A stretch of 36,683 nucleotides of DNA from Sphaeroforma arctica JP610 (taxonomy: Eukaryota): contig NW_014040371.1 of assembly GCF_001186125.1 (NCBI RefSeq), forward strand, positions 64,708 to 101,390, written 5' to 3'. Position numbers and translations under genes: made by a program. Shown piece by piece: positions 1 to 11,750 of this stretch. The notes below the pieces were generated by a model. That model ran no database searches, was not told where the DNA came from, and was given only the letters and a program-made list of their open reading frames with translations. How positions within the stretch are numbered: the first letter of the stretch is position 1; each line of letters starts with the position of its first letter.

Positions 1-57
1 TATTCCTCCACAACTGATTCCTTCTCACATAATGTATGTTTGTTGCATGTCTGGCAG

Positions 58-3000
58 CTGCATATTGCAAAGCTCACAACACAGCCTTCATCGAGTGCGG
101 CTGTGATATTTGCGTACCCGCACATTTCAACACTACGTTGAGACTGTCACATCCGGATTACGACTCAAGTGCGTTTATCGGGTTGCAAACGGGCAGTCGG
201 AACATGGTTGTAGCCTCATTCAGGTGCGTGTGTCGTTCTTAGTATTATGATACTTACTATTAAAAACGTGATTCTCGACAATTTCGTCATTTTCATCCAA
301 GAATGAATCCGATTATATCTTGCATCATGTTCATCTAAGGATGGTAAGATGGCCCTCACGTTCTTTGCATCTCAACAATTCCACCCATCTTCTGACGGTT
401 TCGTTGTGTCATTGATGGCTGTAGCAGCAAAGCAGCGTATTTATTAAAATACACTGCCCTAATATTTCTAGAATTAATCTCTAGCAACTATTGGGCACGT
501 AATATCTCTCGCATACAGATATCTACTATCTCAGTCTCTCTCACACACACACACACACTCTCTCTCTCTCTCTCTCTCTCTCTCGCTCACTCTCATTGTA
601 AATAAGTTAGTAAAAAGTATGTTCCGCGCTGCGCTGATATCCATATCCGCCACATACCCACAGCTCCAGGTATAGGGGCACCTGAAGGTCTTGCTTGACC
701 CCAGACCCCAGTAAATCCTAAGACAAGCACCACAGGTCTTTGATGTATATGCCTCATTGCACATTGGTAGTATTATGATACTGTACTACATCTGTACCGT
801 GCATATGCCTGTACTTGTGCTGGTCGAGCGTAGTAATATAGCTAGAGTGGTATGCCTTTTGTAGGGTAGCGAATCAGTTGCTCTGTACCAACCTTAACCC
901 AGCACCTCCAACGGAGTCACGATACGCTTGCGTGCAAGGAGATAACAGCCACAGTGGATCCCAAACACACATGTGTACACAGCTGGGCTAAAGACTCCTA
1001 TCTCTAAATAAATAATTATGTTTCACTCTAATGCCTGCCCCATACAGGGGCACCCAGACCATGACCAACTGGATAAACAACCTCAAGGCTGTATATGTGA
1101 GCGCCCGAAAAAGTGGTTTTGGCGATGAATTCAAGGGTTGCAAACTGCACCTGGGATTCTGGGCCACCTTCAATTCGATTGGTCGCGAGTGTGTGGATGA
1201 GATAGCGCGCCTGCATGAAGTGCACCCGGACTACGAAGTGTTTGTCTGCGGCCATAGTCTAGGTGAGGCTATACATAACACGGACAGTACATACTTGGCT
1301 TGTATTTGTAGTCTGGTATCAAGTTGTTAGTAATGCAGCCTGTACCCCCCCTGGCTATCTGAACAACACTGCATCTGTCTGGGGCCTGGTGTAGGTGAGC
1401 CTGACCATACTACTGTACGTTCGGTGTACATGTGGCTGTAGCTAAACTACGTACCTCTTCACTGTGGTTGTAGTCTTGGCGCGTCTATTACTAGCCAAAA
1501 CAAACGTTCCCTATATCCGTATCCGTATTGCGCAGCGTCTGCGTGTGAGCGTAGTTCAGGTGAAACTGTATACGGAGCAATACATGTGTTGCCTGTATAG
1601 ATGTATTTTATGACTTGCCTCTGGGCATGGCGTATCTACGGCTACATAACATACACTGATGACATATATCTGCCTGGCAGAGTGTTCACCTGTACGCATA
1701 GACACCTTAAGATTTGTCCTACGGACTACGTGAGTGTCTTCGAGATGGTACACACGTGTTCGCTGGGCTTGTTCATAGCTGCTGTGTGTACATACTGCAT
1801 ACTATTAGACGGTCTCAGGCCACCTTTCATCCGATTGGTTTCAGAGGGTGTTGATGATACAGCTGGCGCGCACAGTTTGATGTTGAAGTGCACAGTCTGA
1901 GTGAGCCAGCAAACGACAACGGGCCTGTGTATTGGGAAGAGTGTCTTGTGACTTGCGCCATAGACATGATGTTTCTTTTAGTGAAATCGAGTTGAATTCA
2001 CTTGAAGTTATGAAACACATCGTAACAGAGTATATGAGAAATTGCACTCGCCTATACCCACTCGCGCATATTCATGGTCACTCATAGCGTAGCAAAAAAT
2101 ATGGGAAGGTCAATACTGCGTTACTACTTATCTATCCACCATAGTAGGCTCCTGGAATGTAGTGCATCTGTAGAATTCGTGCAGGGCCCAGTACATACCT
2201 CCATGTACTGGAGTCACACGGATATGATTTTTTTGCATCTGAAAACAAAGTATTTTGGGGATATACTTTATACTGATTAAGTGTTTTCGTGATTGGATGT
2301 GATATTCGCGTACCATTTCTAATGCAAACTGTTACGTTTCTCTGCCAATAGGCGATAGATTGGTGTAGTGTAGGCCTGTCTAGGTAACCGAGTTATTCAG
2401 TAGGGAGGTTTAAGGGATGGCACAAAATAGTACACATTGCATGGAATGACACAGTAACCAATCGCCTTTTAACCCATTTTTTTAAATTCTTTTACAATAA
2501 CAAAGTTTCGGACGTTTCGATCCTCCATCGCTTCCAATACAATCAAGCGCTGTTCAAGACTGTCTAGGGTTTCGGGCAAACCCTAAACCCTTCGAGCACC
2601 GTCTGTGTCTGCTGTTTTGCTCACATAGTCTTCTCCTTCAAATATAGGCGGTGCCATGGCTACCTACTGCACTCTGCAAGTGGCTCTGCGTGGTGTTCCT
2701 GTCCAGGGCTATACATTTGGTCAACCACGCACGGGTAATGCGAAGTGGGCGGTATGTTTATTAAGTGTATATGTACTGGGTTACACACACTATATGTGTA
2801 TATGTACTGAGTTGCATACGCTACACCGTATGGTATGGCAAGTATAGAGGTAGTATGCGTCAGTAATAAAAGTCGGAATGTCTATCAGTATATGTACTCA
2901 GTTACATACGCTACAACGTATGGTATGGTAAGTAGCTGGAGATGAAGGGAGGAAGTATGCGTCAGTATTAGAAGTCAACGAGTGGGACGATTTTGATTGG

Positions 3001-6000
3001 TCACAAGTCTGTGGTGTTCCCGACTACACGCTGCTAAAGTCTAAACATACAAACTAGCGTAGTGTCTACTCAGCAATCCCTCGATTCAGGGCCTCTACCC
3101 GGTATCCATCAAATGCACCTCCATTCCATTTCAGACACTGCTCACATCTCAACAGAAAGTAGGTACCTTTCCCCTCCCATGTACTAACTATCACACGACT
3201 CATATCCACACTGCCATCCCCTCCTCTTCAGAGACTCTTTAATAAGCGAGTGACGCGGTTCTACCGGATCGTCAACAACTACGATGTGGTCCCACATCTG
3301 CCTGGCACTGCGATGGGGTTTGCGCACGTGGGCGCTGAGCTGTGGTTTTCTTCGGGAGTTGCCGGTTCAAAGCTAAAGAAAAACCCGTTGCACGTGCATG
3401 GCCCAGTGGCTGATAAGTTCAGTCTGCAACAGCTCAGAGATACTTGTTCGGCTCGCGCGCCCTTCTGGAAGCTTATAGTCATCGATCATTTGTAGGTGTT
3501 ATGTGTATGTATGCATGTTTTTATGTTTATTTTCTATGTATGTATGTACGCCTTTATGTAGTATACTATGTATTAATGTGGGTGTTATGTGTATGTATGC
3601 ATATTTTTATATATGTTTTCTATGTATGTATGTACCCCTACATGTGGTATACTATGTATTACTGTATACTCACATTTATCACATACACACAACATATTTC
3701 TATCTTGTCGATTATAGAGCGTGAGTGGGTTACCAATGCTGAGTAGAGTGATTTCATTGATTACAGAATATAGGCTGCGTGATGTGATTGGTTATCAATG
3801 TTGAGTTGTGCTTTGATTTGTTATCGAATGTAAATAACGTGATTCTATTGGTTATCAAATAGTGAGCAGCGTAATTCCATTAGATACCGATGGAGAGTAG
3901 CGTAGCTACTAGCTGGACCACCATAGTCCACCATACAAACCACCTAGCTACCCTACCCCACCTACTCACTCATCCACCCACCACCGATGACTCCAGAGTG
4001 TACTACGAGAGGGTCCAGGGCAAATCCCGTGTCGAGGGTGAGCCGATCCCCGACGAGCCTGTGAAGGAGGATGGGAGGCTTGTACTGGTATCAGACACTC
4101 TGGTTAGCTCTATTATGAACCCAGCATTCAATGTGCTCTTGCTGGTGTATACGTCGCACGACCAGGCCCACTCACACACCCACACCGCAACACCGGACGA
4201 CGGCGCTACGGAGGGACCAAAGCCGAATAGGTGGACAAGTAAGTGATGTGATATCCCTCTGTTAGTACTGTGGGTATGGTGATGTTGTGAGTGGGAACTC
4301 CTTGCTGTGTGTTAGTGGGCTATAGGCGACTATGTACTCAGCATTTAGCCGGATAGGCGGTCAAACATGTGATGTGATGTCTTCCTGTTAGTACTGTAGG
4401 TATGGTAATGTTGTGAGTGAGGAATCCTTGCTATGTGTTAGTGGGCTATAGGCGACCTTGTACTCAGCATGTGATGTACTGTTGTTTGATTGGATATCTC
4501 ACGCTCTGTAACGTCACGTGTTGTTGTGCGTACGGAGTGTTCTGTGTAGTGTTTGGCCCACACGAACTGCTATGGCAATCTGCTAGTTCCGTTGCAGTCA
4601 ATGCTACTATAACAAATAAGCCATCATTGTGTGGGTGAAGTCCACCCAGTACTGTGCGAATCGCTATGGCAATCTACCCTTATTGCAGTCAATGCTACTG
4701 TAGCAAATAAGCCATCATTGTGTGTGTGAAGCCTACCCAGTACTGTGCGAATTGCTATGACAATCTGCCCTTGTTGCAGTCAATGCTACTATAGCTAATA
4801 AGCCATCATTGTGTGGGTGAAGTCCACCCAGTACTGTGCGAATCGCTATGGCAATCTGCCCTTATTGCAGTCAATGCTACTGTAGCAAATAAGCCATCAT
4901 TGTGTGTGTGAAGCCCACCCAGTACTGTGCGAATCGCTATGGCAATCTGCCCTTATTGCAGTCAATGCTACTATAGCAAATAAGCCATCATTGTGTGTGT
5001 GAAGCCCACCCAGTACCGTGCGAATCGCTATGGCAATCTGCCCTTATTGCAGTCAATGCTACTATAGCAAATATGCCATCACTGTATGTCTGAAGCCCAC
5101 CCAGTACTGTGCCACGTGCTCACCTGTCGTTGTGTCATATGCTGACACATTATCTGCTGCTATGCCTATGTGTTTCAGCTGTTCCGTCGAGTGATATACA
5201 TCAGGTCACTGGCTTATCCTGTCGCGTGCTTCGATGTTTGGTCTGCTAGTCCGTTAGGCACTGTCGTATCTGGTACTCTTTAACGGAAAGGCTATCTGTG
5301 CACGTGTTTTTAGTACACGAAATGCCTCACAGATCTAGCCTTTTCCTTGTGAGTATCAGATTGAATTTGGTTTGAGTCAAGCATTGTGACACTTACGCTG
5401 CATCGGAATACCACATTGTTCTCATGTTAAACTAAATATATTTTAAACTAAATATATTTTAAACTAAATATATGTAAAACTAAATATATGTTAAACTGAA
5501 CATATCCTCGTATACTTCCATTTCGCGAGTACCGTCCCTCTCACTTACATCACTGAGTCACCACTAACACACCTCCTCCGCTCATAACGCTGTGTTTAGA
5601 AACCCTACCCTTCCCCATAGTGGCATGCACAGTCAGTCCACTTAGTCGTTGATCAGCTGCTACCTACTCCCTCTGCATAGGTCTCACATACGCGCTGCGT
5701 AGTCTAGTGGCAACCAGCGACCACGACAAGAGGAATAGGTCCGCCCGAAGCCTTATCAAACAGTGTACCAGGCACTTTCAGCATGACGATAGCTTCCGCG
5801 TGGCCCAGATTGACGCCAGTAAAAACCAGGTTTTTGCCGTGGATTGCCAGGGCATCTATCCCGCGCTGTGGTTTATTCCCGGGGGTGGCAGTCCGTCTGA
5901 GACAACCCCGAAGCGTATCTCGGCCGATAATCAGGTACCCAGGGTTGACTCGGAAATCATTAGTTTCGATGAGTTATTGGTGTGTATCGCCAAACATCGC

Positions 6001-6213
6001 CAAGACGTGTCAAAAGCGAGTGAGATGGATATGAAGGACTTTACGGCCCAGAGAGTGGTGGAAGATAAGAGCATGGTACCGCCAGATGACACCGACACGA
6101 CTGACATGAGTGACACTAGTGACACTATTGGCACTAGTGACACTGGTGACACCATTGTCACGGAGACTCGGACGCAGGCAGGAGTGGCGACCGAAGTGGA
6201 GGGGCTAAGATGA
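58..6213 (+). CDS. Class-3 lipase (Lipase_3) fused to a C-terminal PDI-a'-like thioredoxin-fold domain lacking CxxC; 5' exon(s) outside the window
   Basis: Manually spliced exons 58-223, 1048-1262, 2648-2751, 3232-3491, 3997-4238, 5681-6213, all with phase-consistent GT..AG junctions. Reconstructed motifs: AYC, SFR|GT, HLGF, nucleophile GHSLG|GAMA, YTFGQPRTGN, YRIVNNYDVVPHLP (Asp), F.HVGAE.W, DHL|VYY (His). TACTAAC branch point at 3182-3188. Confidence 0.88.
255..530 (-). ncRNA. Candidate Fanzor omegaRNA scaffold
   Basis: Lies directly 3' of the Fanzor ORF end. Contains several adjacent hairpins, some completed by G-U pairs only on the minus strand (e.g. 432-457 GCAGUGUAUUU-UAAU-AAAUACGCUGC). 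Confidence 0.45.
534..593. repeat. (CA)n(CT)n microsatellite
   Basis: Dinucleotide runs visible directly. Confidence 0.9.
594..767 (-). pseudogene. TnpB/Fanzor C-terminal fragment (zinc ribbon + RuvC-III), Fanzor2/IS607-like
   Basis: Translation NEAYTSKTCGAC...LGSSKTFRCPYTWSCGYVADMDISAARNIL fits the TnpB/Fanzor consensus E.YTS..C..C...F.C...CG...DRD.NAA.NI. Confidence 0.85.
4222..4477. repeat. 126-bp tandem duplication spanning a lipase exon end and splice donor
   Basis: gccgaataggtggacaagtaagtgatgtg... at 4222 recurs as gccggataggcggtcaaacatgtgatgtg... at 4348, with the following ~100 bp also similar. Confidence 0.8.
4564..5112. repeat. Intronic minisatellite, 91-bp unit, ~6 copies
   Basis: GCAGTCAATGCTAC starts at 4594, 4685, 4776, 4867, 4958 and 5049 (period 91). 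Confidence 0.95.
5427..5503. repeat. AT-rich short tandem repeat (~16-17 bp, ttaaactaaatatat)
   Basis: About 4-5 visible copies. Confidence 0.8.
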
Positions 6214-7934
6214 TGGTGGGACCAGTCGTTCACTGTGTGAGAGATGTGACCACCAAGCAAGATGTAGACGTGCATGAGAGGTGCGCTGTGGTGAACGTAG
6301 TAGTAGATAGTAAGATGGATATAACAAATATAGATGTGATGGATAAATGCACTGTACTACATATAATTTTGATCGATAAGATCCCAGAGTCGTGCCGAAA
6401 GAAGCCTCTATGCTTAGTTGTGCATAAGAAATATACAGAACACACTTGTGGGGCATAGCTGGGCTCAGGTCAAATGTAACTAGATCCCGTCGTATCGGTT
6501 TCTGTACCATGATACCATTGTGGGTTACGCCGTGGGGCGGCAAATGGGTATTCTGCAGTATGGACATCATTATTGTTTAGCTTTTAAGGTTTAGGGTTTA
6601 GACCGCAAGTTTCGCCAGGAAGACGAGGTGACCAACATACTTCGTATACACAACGAGCCACTTACGAGATCAACGGTTGCTTCAGCATATCTTTGCCATC
6701 GTTTTACCATAGGCCTAAAACAGACTCGGTGTGATACGTGTGGTTATAGTGTTGGCCGGTATCCATAGTCTACCCTGTGCAATACATCGACAAATGCGGT
6801 ATCCAAATCATAACCCAGAAGCATGATTGCATTTTCAAACAAGGTAAAAACACGGAATTCATTTTTGTAGAGTATCAAATAGGGGGCCATACAGGACGCT
6901 TCGATTCGTATCCGTATGTCTTGTTTTCGTAACCCATTGCACACTTCTCCCGTGTTAGACCTGGATGACTCCAGACAACATCTCCAGACAGCAGCTACAA
7001 CAGAGTGCAGGAGAGCATGCATATACACATAGAACCAACGTGTACGTCCCGGTGCAATATAATATGCGATGCTTGTTGTGTATGTTTTATAATACTGGTG
7101 AGAATGCGACCTGGGATGATTGGTCGCTACTCATGTAATTCATGATGTATACCATCGACTGAGCGATTCTATACAATCGACTCCCTCTATAGGGAGGTTC
7201 GGGACGTTTTGTTTGATTGTCCTACACCCACTCTTGTAACTTCTTTTCGTCGTACCGCCCCCTATGTAACACTCCCATCCGCAATACATCCATGCGTATC
7301 TCGAAACCACAGGCTAAACCCCTAATATACAGTCGCTCGCCACTAACTTCGCTATATCTCAGCTATAGACACAACAGCCAATACCGCACAGGTGCTCTGT
7401 GGCGCTGGCTATGTACTCTACTACAGTTAAGCAAGCTAATCTGACGCAATCACAGCGTACCTGTTGCATCGACGACCTACAGCACCTACAGTATACAGGT
7501 AATAATATGTGCAGTACGCGGGATATACATATGCCAGCATATAAAGTGCCACACAGGCTACACGTGAGCTCAATGAGATATCTCGACTGATACACACCCA
7601 GAAACAGCTATACCACCCGCTGTTGGGAAACCAGTCATCCTGTCCCAACGGCCAACCGAATGCTTGGTATGTTTCCAAAGTGTACTCGGTTGATGGCGTG
7701 AATAAGCTGACCACGGATCTATAACATTACTGGCCAAACGGATACACTAGAGAGCGAACACACGTTCCTTAATACATGCGTCAATTGCAATAGTAAACTT
7801 AAGCGTTGTTTAGAATTATTGGAGAGATTATAACACACAAATCCGCATGTATGGCAGAGAGTAAGGCATAGAGACAACGAGAGCGGCGTTGACAATTGTT
7901 CTTATTTATTTATTTTGGAAGGTGGACTCGCTTC

Positions 7935-9525
7935 TTACATTCTCTGGTAGCCTCCGCCTTGCGTAATGACGTACAATGCGTGTACGATTCCCTGTTGCAC
8001 AAAGAAGAATTGATGAATTAGTACTTTCAAGACAAATGAAGCAACCAAGTTGTATGACGAGTATATATGCATATGATAGAGTGAAGACATGACGATAATA
8101 ATAATATTTGCAGTTGTGATATGCGGTAAATAGCTAGCAGAACGTGATTTAACAGACCATGGGATGAAAAAGAAACGCGTCAATAACACAAACTAAAAGA
8201 ACTATCACATATATATATATACATATATATATTACATATGGATGTATGTGGATAAGTAAAACGCTGTACACGAAGCGGACTGGCATTAACAACTCGAAAT
8301 ATACGCACGAGGTAGGAGTCCTCGATCTGTAACAGGACTTTTGTATATTCGCAGTAATATATATATATGACATGCAATTTAAACAATATGAACAATAATA
8401 TATAAATATATTTATGAATATTTATATATATATATATATATATATTCCTATATATTTAATTCTATAACATATAATATATATATATATATATTCCTATACA
8501 TTTAATTCTATAACANNNNNNNNNNNNNNNNNNNNNNNNNNNNNNNNNNNNNNNNNNNNNNNNNNNNNNNNNNNNNNNNNNNNNNNNNNNNNNNNNNNNN
8601 NNNNNNNNNNNNNNNNNNNNNNNNNNNNNNNNNNNNNCTATTATAAGCTATCGCAGGTCAGACTAGGCAACTGTCTGATAAACGTAGCCAATCTATGTAT
8701 CATCATGCATATTGCAGAGGATAGTCTGCCTCTAAGAAGGCACGTGCGAATGACAAAATTGTAAACATGAGCACAAACACCGAAAACTTAAGAGCGAGCA
8801 CATTTATACAGTTACCGCGACCAGCAGCGAGTGGCTCAAATTCCTGAATACTATATTCAACCACGTGCACGTTACTATATATGGGACTCGAAAACGTCAG
8901 CTTGACTAAGTATCGGATCACGAATAATATACGAAGATAAGAATACATAGGAAGTATGCAATCCGGATAAACTGTACTTACAGGAAGCCAGGCCAGGAGA
9001 CAGAACAGACAGTTTAGCGCAAAGGTTCCATTGCAGCCTTCATGCATGAGCTGTAAGCCAATAGAGAAAGATCGCGTGTTAGTAGGAGCAAGTCCGAATT
9101 GTGGCATATACTCAAACGACGCACAATTTACGAAGTGGCCTAACAGGTTATTGAAGAAGTCGACACAATTGATTAACAAGGTTAGTGCACCCGGCTTCTG
9201 CTGACAACGAACCCCAAGCGCAGTTCTGAATTGCGCCTGGAAATATTTACAACGTCAACCAGCACGACGGGGGTAATTCCAAATCTAGGTGGCGATGTGA
9301 GAGACCTATAACACTTGAGCCGCACGTTTCGAATGTAAAGATTCTACATAGAGCTACAGCCACAGAAAACTTGTGCATGCACAATCGCACTGCTGTTAAT
9401 ATAACCAGGATATATATTGAGAGGTACTATTCAAATTAGATGCAAGCGGCAGGGACACGACTTACAACTGCTACAGGAGGCAGGAAGATCGCGAGGACGA
9501 TGAGAAGAATTTGATTCAAATCCAT
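7935..9525 (-). CDS. PMP3: Pmp3/RCI2 (UPF0057) plasma-membrane proteolipid, 61 aa
   Basis: Exons 9525-9466, 9050-8982, 7991-7935 (GTAAGT donors, CAG acceptors, all phase 0) give MDLNQILLIVLAIFLPPVAVLMHEGCNGTFALNCLFCLLAWLPGIVHALYVITQGGGYQRM, with the hallmark AIFLPP.AV and W.PG..HA.Y motifs. Confidence 0.92.
8516..8637. other. Assembly gap (N run) next to an (AT)n tract
   Basis: N run. Confidence 0.99.
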
Positions 9526-10567
9526 ATTGTTTGTTTGTTTGTTTGTTTGTGTATGTTGACTGAAGCTTTTGTAAGCTGGAGCAAGAGGCTTAAATGTGAA
9601 TCGCCTTCCGAAAGTAACACCAGAGAATCCTATGAAAGGTGTGGCAAACAAATACTTTTGGATCTGCGTGTAAAGTAAATAGAAAATTAATATAGTAACA
9701 CAGCAGGAAATATATTTTAAAGTTGGGTTCTGTTTGGCCGATTTGTATTGGGCTAGCTGGGTTGTTTATTTTTATCTAATCAACGTAGTCACGGTGACTC
9801 ACTTCATTACGATCAACATTAAACAACATGTCACAAGCACATCACACGGTGAAAGATTGACGACTATACGTACATGGTAAGCCTGTCTGTATTTATCCGA
9901 GGTTTTAGAAGTGTGGGAGGTATACTTGCGTACCGTTCACGGCATGGAATAGTATGGGGGTACAGGGACGGGATAAGAGCGCCAATAACCTACTGGATGC
10001 CCTTCTGCCGTCGACAAATTGCTAGGATTACTATCATCACGATGGACTCGTTGGTCTCATTAGACAACCGTCCCTATAAAGATTCCTTCAAATGTACATT
10101 TGGATAAACTATACTCATTTCATCGAAACCTCGATGTCCTATTGTGATATTCCGATAAGAACCGAGACATGGAGCACGGCTGCTTACTGGGGTAGACCGG
10201 ATGTCGATGACATTGGTATAGATCATAAACAAATTGCACATGAGATAATACCTCGCCTAAACGTGGGCAATAGGAAAGTAGCCTTAAATGATCAGCGCAG
10301 ACATGCGAAAAAAAATAGGTCTGTGGTTTACTCTAGCGTTAGAACAGTGCCCAATAAATTTACAACCAACAGTGCTAATTTTGCGAGCGTGCTTGTATCA
10401 GCTTATTGCCATGGTTCCCAGGCATACTCAACTTAATTCATGACAATTTATGATCGAATAGTCGTTTGAGCGATATTAAACCAAACGTCACGGACTTAAG
10501 TGCACACAAAAGTGGAGATGGGCACGACAGTGGCGATACGTGCGAGAAAGGGGTGTTCTGGTGCAAC

Positions 10568-11160
10568 TCAAACACACACACACTCTAACTCACACGTCAC
10601 TCACGCAAACACCCAACAACTCACACTCACAAACTCACAAACTCTCGCACACGCGCTCTCACACACATTCCTCACACACACACACACTCTCTCTCTCTCC
10701 TCACACACACACTCTCTCTCTCTCTCTCCTCACACACGAACTCTCATAGCACACATCCCTGCACCCACTCACACACACATTCACACACATCCACACACAC
10801 ACATCCACTCATACCAACACACACACTCTCTCTCTCTCCTCACACACGAACTCTCATAGCACACATCCATGCACCCACTCACACACACATTCACACACAT
10901 CCACACACACATCCACTCATACCAACACACTCGCAAACGTTCACTCAACACATACACACACATACATACTATTGCTCATGCACACACGCTCAATCATACA
11001 CGCCCACTCGTGTATACGCAATCGTATACACTCACTCATTCACAAACACTCATACATACACACGCGTCCAACCACACTAACACACGCTCACCAATACAAA
11101 CGCCTACACACGTGTGTACACATACACACACAAACACACACACAACACACACACGAACCA
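10568..11160. repeat. CA/CT-rich low-complexity satellite with an internal ~120-bp duplication
   Basis: Long (CA)n/(CT)n mosaic; ctcctcacacacgaactctcatagcacacatcc occurs twice. Confidence 0.9.
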
Positions 11161-11750
11161 CATTAATCACTGGTTTTCAAAGACTTGACAGACTTTTAAA
11201 TAAGGCTAAACGTATCTTTACGCGGGAATAATTGTATACTATTAAACTTTCATCCCAATGCAGAGTGTCTGAGAGCCGGGCGTCTTCCTATTCGATACTA
11301 CGGGGGCGTCTCCGTATGCTCTAATAAATGGGCCACAGCCCTGGCGGTTGTGCTTTGTTTATTTTTGCTTTACAGTAGAAAACGCCATCTGAAGAGTCGC
11401 GCCGCAGCAGAGGTGCACGCCATGACCTTCAGCGTAGTAGCGCTAACAGGTTATTTCACGTACTTGACATATACATGAATGGGGCCACGGGCCACCGCCA
11501 TCAGTTTCGAGTTTGCTGATGCTACAAATACCCATGTTGGTTCTATACATATGCTTAGTACTGACCAATCTATGCTTGTATGTCTGTCTGTAGCTACTAT
11601 ATTGTTTAGTTTCCGGAGCCAAATACAAATAGCAGACCATGAAGGTGACGACATATTACTAGTAGTAAATGATATTCTTCTAATTTATTGTTTAAACATA
11701 GAACTTATAACTATTGAAGAGCGATGCCTTGTTTGCAGGTCCTCCAAAAT

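Larger units (their letters stand above)
255..767 (-). mobile_element. 5'-truncated TnpB/Fanzor-derived insertion in lipase intron 1, flanked by a 15-bp direct repeat
   Basis: TAGTATTATGATACT occurs at 240-254 and 768-782. The insert encodes a TnpB/Fanzor C-terminus, then a (GA)n(GT)n tract and a structured 3' region. Confidence 0.75.

Noticed and set aside
2565..2590. TAGGGTTT-N5-AAACCCTA hairpin and telomere-like AAACCCT motifs (also near 5600 and 6590)
   Set aside because: Only 1-2 units each; too short to call an interstitial telomere or an element end.
4564..5112. Regular 91-bp array resembling a CRISPR array
   Set aside because: Whole units are near-identical with no unique spacers; it lies in a eukaryotic intron and no cas genes are present.
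10500..11231. His/Thr-rich ORFs
   Set aside because: Translations of (CA)n/(CT)n low-complexity DNA.
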